Part shown: one piece after another, positions 9,018 through 20,524 of the stretch | Layout: every line of letters begins with the position of its first letter | How positions within the stretch are numbered: the stretch's first letter is position 1 | NCBI RefSeq assembly: GCF_000008565.1 | Contig: NC_001263.1 | Location: forward strand, 571,213-603,212 | Direction: 5' to 3' | DNA length: 32,000 nt | Source of the DNA: Deinococcus radiodurans R1 = ATCC 13939 = DSM 20539 | Lineage (GTDB): Bacteria > Deinococcota > Deinococci > Deinococcales > Deinococcaceae | Notes under the pieces: model-generated | What the model saw: the letters and a program-made list of their open reading frames with translations, nothing else | What the model was told of the DNA's origin: nothing | The model's database searches: none | Translations under genes and position numbers: made by a program

Positions 9018-10289
9018 ATGCGGAAACGAGTGCGGCGGCGGTGGGCGGCAAGTCTGGGGAGCCGGGCCCTAACAATTGGGGCCCTGGCGGGATGGGCGCT
9101 GACCGGGTGGAGCGGCCCGGCTCAGGCGCTCGACGTGCGGGTGCTGATCACCAGCGGCCCAGCGGTCACGGTGGCGGTGCTGCCCGTGGACCCGGCGGTG
9201 GCTGCTGCCCCGGCGTCCTCTGCACTGTCGCCCGCGCCGCTGGCTCCGGCGGCCTCGGTCCCGCTGCGCCAGAGCTGGCAGGTGGGCGTGGCTGGGGGCA
9301 ACCTTACCCTCGACGGGCGCGGCACCGGCAGCCCGGCCCTCTACCTGCCGCCCGCGCCCGGCAGCCGGGTGGAGCTCGGCGGGCAGACCTACCGGGGCGG
9401 CGTGCTGCTGCGGGTCCAGAACCAGGGCGTGCAGGCCATCAACGTGGTGGACATCGAAGATTACCTGCGCGGCGTCGTCGCCTCCGAGATGCCCGCGAGC
9501 TGGCCTGCCGCCGCGCTGGCTGCCCAGGCGGTCATTGCCCGCACCTACGTGGCGGCGCGCATCAACCCTGCCAAGCCCTACGACACCTGCGCCACCGAGC
9601 AGTGTCAGGTCTACCGGGGCGTGCGCGGCGAGCAGCCCGCCACCGACGCCGCCGTCGCCAAGACCGCTGGTCAGGTCCTCGCCTACGGAGGCCAACCCGC
9701 CCAGACGTATTTTTCCAGCGACTCGGGCGGCTACGTGGCGTCGAGCGACGAGGTCTGGAACACTCCGCTGCCCTACCTCGTCGCGCAGCCCGACCCTTAC
9801 TCAGTGTCGGCGGGCGGGCCGGGCGCGAAGTGGAGTGCCGAAGTGCCGCTCGCCCGCGTGGGGCAGCTTGCCGCCGGATACGGCGTGCGGGTGGGAACAC
9901 TGAGCGCGGTGGAAGTCACCCGCAAGAGCGCTTCCGGGCGCGCGCAGCAGCTCACCTTCCGGGGAACGGGGGGCAGCCGCACGCTCGAAGGCGCCGAGGC
10001 GGGCGGCTTTTTGCGCTCGCTGGGGGCCAAAAGCAGCCGCGTGAGCCTTTCGCGCCGGGGCACGGCACTGCAAGTGACCGGCGCGGGCAACGGGCACGGC
10101 GTGGGCCTCTCACAGTACGGTGCCCTCGGCATGGCGCGGGCAGGCTACGATCATCTGCGTATGTTGGGCTTCTACTATCCGGGCACGACCCTGGACCTGC
10201 TCGCCGGGCCGCCCGGAGCGGTGGGTCAGGTGGACCGGCACTCACTCCCTGCTCTCGCCCTTGCTCCCGCTGGTGAGGGGCAGCCGTGA
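9018..10289 (+). CDS. SpoIID/LytB-domain protein (peptidoglycan-remodelling, amidase-enhancer family)
   Basis: 'VVDIEDYLRGVVASEMPASWPAAALAAQAVIARTYV', 'YFSSDSGGYVASSDEVW' and 'GHGVGLSQYGALGMARAGY' are SpoIID hallmarks. Start set at ATG 9018 (MRKRVRRRWAASLG..., signal-like). The listed ORF begins at 8952. Confidence 0.88.
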   Translation: MRKRVRRRWAASLGSRALTIGALAGWALTGWSGPAQALDVRVLITSGPAVTVAVLPVDPAVAAAPASSALSPAPLAPAASVPLRQSWQVGVAGGNLTLDGRGTGSPALYLPPAPGSRVELGGQTYRGGVLLRVQNQGVQAINVVDIEDYLRGVVASEMPASWPAAALAAQAVIARTYVAARINPAKPYDTCATEQCQVYRGVRGEQPATDAAVAKTAGQVLAYGGQPAQTYFSSDSGGYVASSDEVWNTPLPYLVAQPDPYSVSAGGPGAKWSAEVPLARVGQLAAGYGVRVGTLSAVEVTRKSASGRAQQLTFRGTGGSRTLEGAEAGGFLRSLGAKSSRVSLSRRGTALQVTGAGNGHGVGLSQYGALGMARAGYDHLRMLGFYYPGTTLDLLAGPPGAVGQVDRHSLPALALAPAGEGQP

Positions 10290-13201
10290 AGGTCTGGTCA
10301 CCCCGGCGCCGCAGCCAGCTCAAGCACGGCGAACAAAAGCAGCGCCGCTCGCGGGGCCTGACGCGGCTTCTGCTCGCCGCCGGCTTTGCCTTCAGCACCC
10401 TGGGCGGACTCGCCGAGGCCCGCACCGTCAAGATCGTGACCGCCCAGACGCTCGAACTGCGGAATGTGGACGGGCAGGAACTCGTCATCATCGCCAGCCC
10501 CGACGCGGCGGGCGTCGAGTTGCAGGTGGACGACGACCAGGTGCGCGCCCGGCGCGTCGAGTTCAACCGCACCCGGCGCACCCTGACCCTCATCGGCGCG
10601 GCGAGCTACCGCACCGCCAAAGACGGGCAGACGCTGAGCGGCGACAACCTCGTGGTCAACCTCGGCGACGAGTCGCTGACCGGCCAGGACGTGCTCATCA
10701 GTGACCGCGAGCTCGAAATTCGCGGCCAGGAAGTCGAGCGGGTGCCGGGGCAACTGCGCGCCAAGAACGGCTATTTCACGCCCTGCGCCAAGTGCGGGCG
10801 CACGACCAACGACTACGCCTTCCGCGCCGAGCGGCTGGTGGTGTATCCCGGTGACCGCCTGATTGCCTACCGCGCCCAACTCCTGCTCGCCGAGGTGCCG
10901 GTGCTGTACCTGCCGGTGGTCGTGCTGCCGCTCAACGACGAGGCGCGGCAGCCCAAGGTGCAGGTGGGCCGCGACGCGCTCGACGGGCTGACGGTGGAGG
11001 CCGACCTCCCCTTCGCCGTGGGCAGCAGCGTGCTGGGCACCGGCCTGGTGCGCTACTACCAGAACCGCGCTCCCAGCCTGGGCGGCGGGGTGGACCTGCG
11101 GGCCTACGCGCCCTTTGCCGCCGTGGACCGCGCCGACCTGTACCTGCTGCTGCTGCCCAAGCCGCTCGACGCCCAGGGCAACGTGCGCGGCGAAGGCGGC
11201 TACGACACCGACCTCAACTTCAGCGTGCGCGGGCGCGTGCCGCTCAGCGAGGCCACCCGCGACCTCGACTACGCCTTCACCATGCAGCGGCGCGACATCG
11301 GGCGCAGTGAGACGGACCCCGAGCGCGGCGTGACCCGCAGCGAACTCAAGGCCAGCGTGGAGTATCCCCTCTACCGCGCCGAACTCAACGTGCTGGGGCG
11401 CAGCGGCCCGGAGCCCGAAACCGCCATCACCCAGCCTTACCGCAAGAAAGAAGTCGTGCTCGACCCCAAGCCCTTTTCGGTGGGCGGCCTCAGCGCCGAC
11501 TTCAAGGTGACGGCGGGCGAGTACAGCGCGGCGAGCAACCCCTTTTCGCCGAGCGCCGTGCGGGAGGGAGTGAACATCACGACCACCCGGCTCGAAGAAG
11601 CCCAGGAACTGCGCTACTCGCGGCCCCTGTGGACCGGGGCGACTTTCGAGTTCTCGAACTCGTTCGTCGGGCGCTACTACGGCACCGGGGCGCGCACGGT
11701 GCAGCTCTCGCTCGCCGGGCAGCTCACCCAGCGCTGGGGCGTGCAAAGCCGCCAGAGCCTGAGCCTGCGCCAGGAATACCTTCGCTACGAGGGCACCAGC
11801 CCCTTCGCCTTCGACGCCGTGTCGGGCCGCCGCCTCAACGCGCCGCTGAGCCTCAACCTCAACCTCGTGCCGGTGCCGGACACCACCTTCACGGTGGGCT
11901 ATGTCCGCGACCCCTTCCTCAAGACCGACACCCAGCAGCCCGCCCGCTTCGGCGTGACGGTCAACCGCCGCCCGGTGAACCTGACGGCGGCCCTCGCCTA
12001 CAACATCGGCACCGGCGAACTCGACAACTTCACCTACGCCGTCACTCTGGGCGACCCCGAATCGGGCAAGTTGCGTCTGGTGCCCGCCGTGCCCGCGCGG
12101 CCCGCCACGCCGACCACCCCGGCGCAGCCCGCCGTACCCGCCCACTACACCCGCAGCAGTGCTTGGCCCGCGCCGCGCCTGACGTTGGGCCTCAGCGGGG
12201 GCTACAGCCGGGTGACCAGCATCGGCACGCCGGGCAAGGACGCCCCGAGCGGCCTGCAACCCTTCACCGTGCGCGCTACCGTCGCGGGCGACGACCGCTC
12301 CAGCAATTTCAGCGTGGCGGCCACCTTCAACCCCGACCTCGACCCGCAGCTCAGCAGCGTGAACACCGAGTACACCCTGGCGCGCGGCTTCGACACGGTG
12401 CTCAGCCCGCTGACCGTTTCGGGCCGCGAGACACTGGGCGTGCAGTACCCGCGCCTGACCGGCAACCACACCGTGACGTGGCGCGACTACACCTTCACCC
12501 AGGCGCACGACCTCAACCTCGACCAATCGGAAACGGCGCGTGAGAGCGGCACCGTCACCTTCAGCGTGGGCAACCGCGCCGGGCGGGCGACCAACTGGCA
12601 GCTCGCTTACGGGGGCGCCTACGACCTGCGCCGCGGCGGCTTTACCCGGCCCGCGCTGACCGGCACGCTGACCACCAGCCGTCCGGGGCAGCGCCTGAAC
12701 ACCTCGCTGAGCTACAACCTGCCGGGCCTTGACCAGCCGTACTCCGAACTCGGGCGCGCCACCCTCGACGGCGAGTGGCAAAGTGGGCGCTTTTCGGTGT
12801 CGGGCTACGCCAGCTACTCGCGGGTCCGCACGGGCAACCTCACAGACGGTAATACGGCCAACGACAAGGCGACCGACACCTACACCTTCGAGCCTTTGCG
12901 GGTGGGCGTGGCGCTGGGCAAGGCCGAGCAGCCGAGCGTGTACCTGACCGCCGCGCTGCGCCAGCGCCTGATTTACGTGGACGGCGAGCGGCAGGGCGAC
13001 GACCCGCTTGCCCCGGTGCTGGGCTTTACCCTCGACCGCTGCTGCTGGGCGATGCAGGGCGAGTGGGACGTGGTGAAGGGCCGCTACCGCCTGACGGTGG
13101 GCCTGCCGGGGCAGTTCTACCCGCTGCTCGAAGGCGGGCCCGACGGCACCCGCGTGCCGCTGATTCCCTCGCTCTCGCGCCCGACCACCCCATCGCGCTG
13201 A
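10286..13201 (+). CDS. LptD/OstA-family outer-membrane beta-barrel protein homologue (971 aa)
   Basis: GTG 10286 overlaps the SpoIID TGA (GTGA). 'GYFTPCAKC...AFRAERLVVYPGDRLIAYRAQLLLAEVPVLYLPVVVLPLND...VRYYQNRAP' aligns with E. coli LptD 'AYFTTC...[23 protein letters not shown]...LPYYWNIAP'. C-terminal 'LDRCCWAMQ' matches the LptD 'SSCCYAIR' adjacent Cys pair. Confidence 0.8.
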   Translation: MKVWSPRRRSQLKHGEQKQRRSRGLTRLLLAAGFAFSTLGGLAEARTVKIVTAQTLELRNVDGQELVIIASPDAAGVELQVDDDQVRARRVEFNRTRRTLTLIGAASYRTAKDGQTLSGDNLVVNLGDESLTGQDVLISDRELEIRGQEVERVPGQLRAKNGYFTPCAKCGRTTNDYAFRAERLVVYPGDRLIAYRAQLLLAEVPVLYLPVVVLPLNDEARQPKVQVGRDALDGLTVEADLPFAVGSSVLGTGLVRYYQNRAPSLGGGVDLRAYAPFAAVDRADLYLLLLPKPLDAQGNVRGEGGYDTDLNFSVRGRVPLSEATRDLDYAFTMQRRDIGRSETDPERGVTRSELKASVEYPLYRAELNVLGRSGPEPETAITQPYRKKEVVLDPKPFSVGGLSADFKVTAGEYSAASNPFSPSAVREGVNITTTRLEEAQELRYSRPLWTGATFEFSNSFVGRYYGTGARTVQLSLAGQLTQRWGVQSRQSLSLRQEYLRYEGTSPFAFDAVSGRRLNAPLSLNLNLVPVPDTTFTVGYVRDPFLKTDTQQPARFGVTVNRRPVNLTAALAYNIGTGELDNFTYAVTLGDPESGKLRLVPAVPARPATPTTPAQPAVPAHYTRSSAWPAPRLTLGLSGGYSRVTSIGTPGKDAPSGLQPFTVRATVAGDDRSSNFSVAATFNPDLDPQLSSVNTEYTLARGFDTVLSPLTVSGRETLGVQYPRLTGNHTVTWRDYTFTQAHDLNLDQSETARESGTVTFSVGNRAGRATNWQLAYGGAYDLRRGGFTRPALTGTLTTSRPGQRLNTSLSYNLPGLDQPYSELGRATLDGEWQSGRFSVSGYASYSRVRTGNLTDGNTANDKATDTYTFEPLRVGVALGKAEQPSVYLTAALRQRLIYVDGERQGDDPLAPVLGFTLDRCCWAMQGEWDVVKGRYRLTVGLPGQFYPLLEGGPDGTRVPLIPSLSRPTTPSR

Positions 13202-13235
13202 TTTACTCTGCTTCGCTATTCCCAGGAGGGTTGCT

Positions 13236-14348
13236 ATGACTTCTACTTCCACTGCCCCGCGCCGCGCCCGCCCGCTGACCGCCGCCCTGCTCGCCGCCGC
13301 CTGCCTGGGCACTCTGACCGGCTGCACCGGCACCGAGGAACGCGCCCCTAACCTGCGCCTCGCCGTGCTGACGGACGGGGGACAGACCCTGAGCTACGTG
13401 GACACGGCGCCGCCCGAGAGTGCCAACACCACCACGCCCGCCGCGCCGACGCTGGTGGAAGCCGGCAAGGTGGAAGAAGGCCGTGACCTGCACACCGCCG
13501 ACGGGGGCCGCGCGCTGCTGCTCACCCGCCGCGCCGGGGCCGAGCGGCGCACGGCCGCGCTGACGCCCGGTACGGCCTTTGCCACACTCCCTTTTCCCAC
13601 CTGCCTGACCCGCTCGGCGGTGGACGCGGCGCGCACCCGGCTGCTCGTCCTGAGCGAGTGCCCCAACGACGTGCAGCGGCTGGCGCTTTACCGGCTCGAC
13701 GGCACGGTGGTCTGGACGGCGGCGCTCGGCACGGCGGTGCCGCCGCTGAGCACGCCCGACGCGCCGCCCGTCAATCTCGCCGTGGTGGGCGACGTGGCGG
13801 TGGTCAGCCGCCCGGCCCTCGGCGGCGGCAGCGAAGTCGTGCGGGCCGCGCCGCGCAACGTGGGCGACCCGGTGGCGGTGGCCTCGTTGCCCGAGCGGAC
13901 CATTGCCGTGCGTGACCTGGCGGCCTCGGTGGGTGGCACCATCTACGCGGCCACCGACAGCGGCGTGTATCCGCTGCTCGACACCGGCCTGCCCGACCTG
14001 ACCCGCCGGGTGGCGGCCTTCGGCGAGGGGCGACTCGACCGGCTGTGGAGTGAGCCGCTGGGCACCCGCACGCTGCTGTTCGGCTGGCACGACCCGGCGC
14101 TGTCGAGCGGCGACGCCTACCTGCGCGTCTGGGACGGCGTGGCGACGACCACCACGACCCAGAGCGTCAGCTACGTCACCGACCTGCGCGACCTGACGGT
14201 GGCGCCCGACGGCAACCTCTACGTGCTCTCGCGCACGGCGCTGACCCGCTTTGACGCCGTGCTCGGCGTGCAGAACAACAACTGGCAGTCGCGCACGCTG
14301 CTGAGCACCTTGAACGACGCCCGCGCGTTGACCTGGCTGGTGCCGTAA
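13236..14348 (+). CDS. Hypothetical lipoprotein (possibly beta-propeller-like)
   Basis: SD AGGAGG 13224-13229. Signal peptide with lipobox 'LGTLTGC'. 370 aa. Directly follows the LptD-like gene with a 34-nt gap. Confidence 0.8.
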   Translation: MTSTSTAPRRARPLTAALLAAACLGTLTGCTGTEERAPNLRLAVLTDGGQTLSYVDTAPPESANTTTPAAPTLVEAGKVEEGRDLHTADGGRALLLTRRAGAERRTAALTPGTAFATLPFPTCLTRSAVDAARTRLLVLSECPNDVQRLALYRLDGTVVWTAALGTAVPPLSTPDAPPVNLAVVGDVAVVSRPALGGGSEVVRAAPRNVGDPVAVASLPERTIAVRDLAASVGGTIYAATDSGVYPLLDTGLPDLTRRVAAFGEGRLDRLWSEPLGTRTLLFGWHDPALSSGDAYLRVWDGVATTTTTQSVSYVTDLRDLTVAPDGNLYVLSRTALTRFDAVLGVQNNNWQSRTLLSTLNDARALTWLVP

Positions 14349-14465
14349 CCAGAAAAGGCCCCCCTCACCCCTGCCTTCGGCAGGCCCTCTCTGCGGTGCA
14401 GCTCTTCGAGTCCCACCAGGGTAGAGGGTCAAAAATGCAAAACATTCTTATGTCGAATGCTCTAA
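14349..14465. repeat. SNR (MITE-like) copy lacking the left terminal repeat, long-core subtype
   Basis: Homology to copy A begins at 'CAGAAAA' immediately after stop codon TAA 14346-14348. The right end TGTCGAATGCTCTAA (14451-14465) matches the copy A TIR at 14/15. The core is nearly identical to the copy at 31921-32000. Confidence 0.8.
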
Positions 14466-14471
14466 CCAGAA

Positions 14472-14527
14472 CGGGGAGAGGGTGGAAAGCGGAGGAACAA
14501 CTCCCCCGACTCTCCACCCTCTCCCCG
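14472..14527. repeat. Long GC-rich inverted repeat / hairpin in the convergent gap before the secA stop
   Basis: CGGGGAGAGGGTGGA (14472-14486) pairs perfectly with TCCACCCTCTCCCCG (14513-14527). Inner GGAG/CTCC pairing. No flanking T-run. Confidence 0.6.
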
Positions 14528-14541
14528 CGCCCTGTCGCTGC

Positions 14542-17148
<2,607 letters not shown>

Positions 17149-17157
17149 GACCTCATA

Positions 17158-17163
17158 AGTATA
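17158..17163 (-). promoter_or_regulatory. Candidate -10 box (TATACT) for secA
   Basis: Reverse complement of AGTATA, 9 nt from ATG 17148. The spacer contains GAGG, so a longer leader from another promoter cannot be excluded. Confidence 0.3.
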
Positions 17164-17216
17164 GCCCGCCCGCATGACATCCGTCTGAACGATTTCAGTC
17201 GGGCCGGCGCAAGGGG

Positions 17217-17237
17217 CTTGAGTGGGGGAGGCTCAAG
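17217..17237. promoter_or_regulatory. HAIR-like (HspR-associated) inverted repeat CTTGAGT-N7-GCTCAAG
   Basis: Matches the CTTGAGT-N7-ACTCAAG consensus at 13/14 positions. Located in the divergent secA/trmJ intergenic region. Confidence 0.45.
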
Positions 17238-17357
17238 GAGCAGGGATGTTGCTGGGGGCCAGTTTCGCTGCGCTGGTGGGTGATGGAAGGGGTGTGGGAG
17301 CGTCAGGCCGGGAAAATGACCTCCCTTCGACTACCAACCATCAACCGGCCCTTGCGC

Positions 17358-17363
17358 TACGCT
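17358..17363 (+). promoter_or_regulatory. Candidate -10 box (TACGCT) for a leaderless trmJ mRNA
   Basis: TACGCT lies 7 nt before ATG 17371. Confidence 0.35.
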
Positions 17364-17370
17364 CGCCGCC

Positions 17371-18138
17371 ATGTCCTCCGCCGCCCCATCCCCCACGGCT
17401 CAGTCTCTCGCTGTCGTGCTCGTCTCGCCCAAAACGCCCGGCAACATCGGCGCCGCCGCCCGCGCCATGCTCAACATGGGGGCGAGTGACCTGCGAATCG
17501 TCGCGCCGCGCTGCGATTACCTCGACTCGCAGGCGGTGGCGATGGCGGTGCACGCGGGGGATTTGCTGCGCTCGGCCAAGATTTATCCCACACTGCGCGA
17601 GGCGCTGGCTGACCGCGACCTGAGCGTGGGCACTTCCGCCCGTATCCGCGCCGACCTGCCTGCGCCCCGGCACCCCGCGCAGGTCAGGGGGCTGGTGCGC
17701 GAGGCGGCGGCCCCCGCGCTGGTCTTCGGCCCCGAGGAAACCGGCCTCATCAACTCCGACCTGGAGCAGTGTCAGGTCACGGTCCGCATTCCGACCGGCG
17801 ACTATGCCAGCCTCAACCTCGCCCAGGCCGTCCTGCTCGTGTGTTACGAGTTCCTGCAAGGCCAGGACGACGTGCCCGAACACAGCCGTCAGACGGCGAC
17901 CCGCGAGGACATGGAAGCGATGTACGGCCACCTGCAAGACACCATGCACCTCATCGGCTACACCGACGCGGTGCGCGGGCGCCACACGATGCGGCTGTGG
18001 CGCGCGATGCTCGACCGCGCCCTGATGTCGAGCGCCGAAAGCCGCATGTTTCGCGGCCTGCTGCGGCAGGTGAAGTGGAAGGTGGAACAGGGCAGCGGGA
18101 AGGCGAGCACCGAGATCAGGATAGAGAGCGAAGAGTAA
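17371..18138 (+). CDS. trmJ: SpoU/TrmH-class RNA 2'-O-methyltransferase, TrmJ/LasT-like
   Basis: 'LAVVLVSPKTPGNIGAAARAMLNMG', 'LVFGPEETGL' and 'IPTGDYASLNLAQAVLLVCYE' are SPOUT motifs. The length and C-terminal extension fit TrmJ. Confidence 0.85.
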   Translation: MSSAAPSPTAQSLAVVLVSPKTPGNIGAAARAMLNMGASDLRIVAPRCDYLDSQAVAMAVHAGDLLRSAKIYPTLREALADRDLSVGTSARIRADLPAPRHPAQVRGLVREAAAPALVFGPEETGLINSDLEQCQVTVRIPTGDYASLNLAQAVLLVCYEFLQGQDDVPEHSRQTATREDMEAMYGHLQDTMHLIGYTDAVRGRHTMRLWRAMLDRALMSSAESRMFRGLLRQVKWKVEQGSGKASTEIRIESEE

Positions 18139-18202
18139 AGCCGCCTGAGCGCGGCAGCCCCAATCCAAATCCAGAGCAGAATGCCTCCCCCATGCCCCGG
18201 CC

Positions 18203-18208
18203 TATGCT
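18203..18208 (+). promoter_or_regulatory. Candidate -10 box (TATGCT) for a leaderless histidine-kinase mRNA
   Basis: TATGCT lies 7 nt before in-frame ATG 18216. Confidence 0.35.
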
Positions 18209-18215
18209 GGGGGTG

Positions 18216-19964
<1,749 letters not shown>

Positions 19965-20004
19965 GAAAGGCGACGTGACTCCATCAACGGCGCCACCCAG
20001 CGAA

Positions 20005-20036
20005 CTGACCTGAAGGCAGATAAGGTCAGGGGTTTT
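20005..20036 (+). terminator. Weak candidate terminator after the histidine-kinase gene
   Basis: CTGACC (20005-20010) / GGTCAG (20024-20029), 13-nt loop, then GGGTTTT. The 3' arm overlaps the stop codon of the convergent gene. Confidence 0.3.
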
Positions 20037-20463
20037 CGCAGGCGACCCGGAGGACGTTGGGGTCAATGGCTTTGGCAAGAGCACGGTTGGTGCTGACACG
20101 GGCGCCGCCAGACGACCGAAGGGCCTTGACGATTCCTGGGGTAGGCCGGTAGCTAAAAGAGGTGAACATCTTCAGCAGCGAAGCGTCAGCACCCAGCAGG
20201 TACGGGGCGCTGGAGCTGTAGTCATTGAACGCGCTTAGGCTGCCGTAGTCGCTTCCATATTGGCTGTAGGTGTTGAACATGCTGGTGGCGCTGTAGGCGT
20301 TACCGTACTTCCCGTAGTCGTTGGCGATGCTGGTGGCGCTGTACTTGCCGTCACATGTGCCTAGGAAGGTGCCATCAGAGGCCACGATCAGGGCGCCGCG
20401 CAGTGAGCCAGCAGAAGCGGTGGCAGTGACCAGCAGGAGGGCCAGACAGAGCAGACGTTTCAT
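20026..20463 (-). CDS. Secreted Tyr/Ser/Gly-repeat protein, function unknown
   Basis: Signal peptide 'MKRLLCLALLLVTATASA'. Three degenerate repeats: 'KYSATSIANDYGKYGN', 'AYSATSMFNTYSQYGS' and 'DYGSLSAFNDYSSS'. Cys near both ends. Hand counts of four 60-nt lines give 50-63% G+C, versus about 67% in neighbouring genes. Confidence 0.75.
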   Translation of the reverse strand: MKRLLCLALLLVTATASAGSLRGALIVASDGTFLGTCDGKYSATSIANDYGKYGNAYSATSMFNTYSQYGSDYGSLSAFNDYSSSAPYLLGADASLLKMFTSFSYRPTPGIVKALRSSGGARVSTNRALAKAIDPNVLRVACENP

Positions 20464-20524
20464 ACTTCTGAGTTACCACACCTGTGGCGGTCTTGCCTGA
20501 TGCTCTGTGCAGTCCCCTGCGACC

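Noticed and set aside
10298-13333. 1011-aa ORF on the minus strand. There are similar very long ORFs at 14482-17283 (+), 3225-4790 (+), 24176-25954 (+), 17958-19928 (-), 20507-21862 (+), 7798-9072 (+), 27205-28353 (-), 8930-10276 (+), 1905-3038 (-) and 13203-14432 (-).
   Set aside because: Each lies antisense to, or out of frame with, a gene carrying unmistakable conserved motifs (LptD-like, SecA, IlvA, FtsH, kinase, CoaBC and others). Their translations are Arg/Gly/Ala/Pro-rich low-complexity strings, typical of stop-poor shadow frames in high-GC DNA.
14448-14465. TTATGTCGAATGCTCTAA resembles the left half of the Deinococcus radiation/desiccation response motif (TTATGT...ACATAA palindrome).
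   Set aside because: The right half (GCTCTAA) does not mirror the left. The sequence is simply the terminal repeat of the SNR element, and it sits at gene 3' ends rather than in a promoter.
14346-14471. 9-bp direct repeat TAACCAGAA at 14346-14354 and 14463-14471, which looked like a target-site duplication flanking the SNR copy.
   Set aside because: The left copy aligns with internal element sequence of the full copy ('CAGAAAA' at 5907-5913). The right copy overlaps the terminal repeat ('GCTCTAA'). AACCAGAAC also occurs inside copy A (5968-5976). The full copy at 5894-6001 has no flanking duplication.
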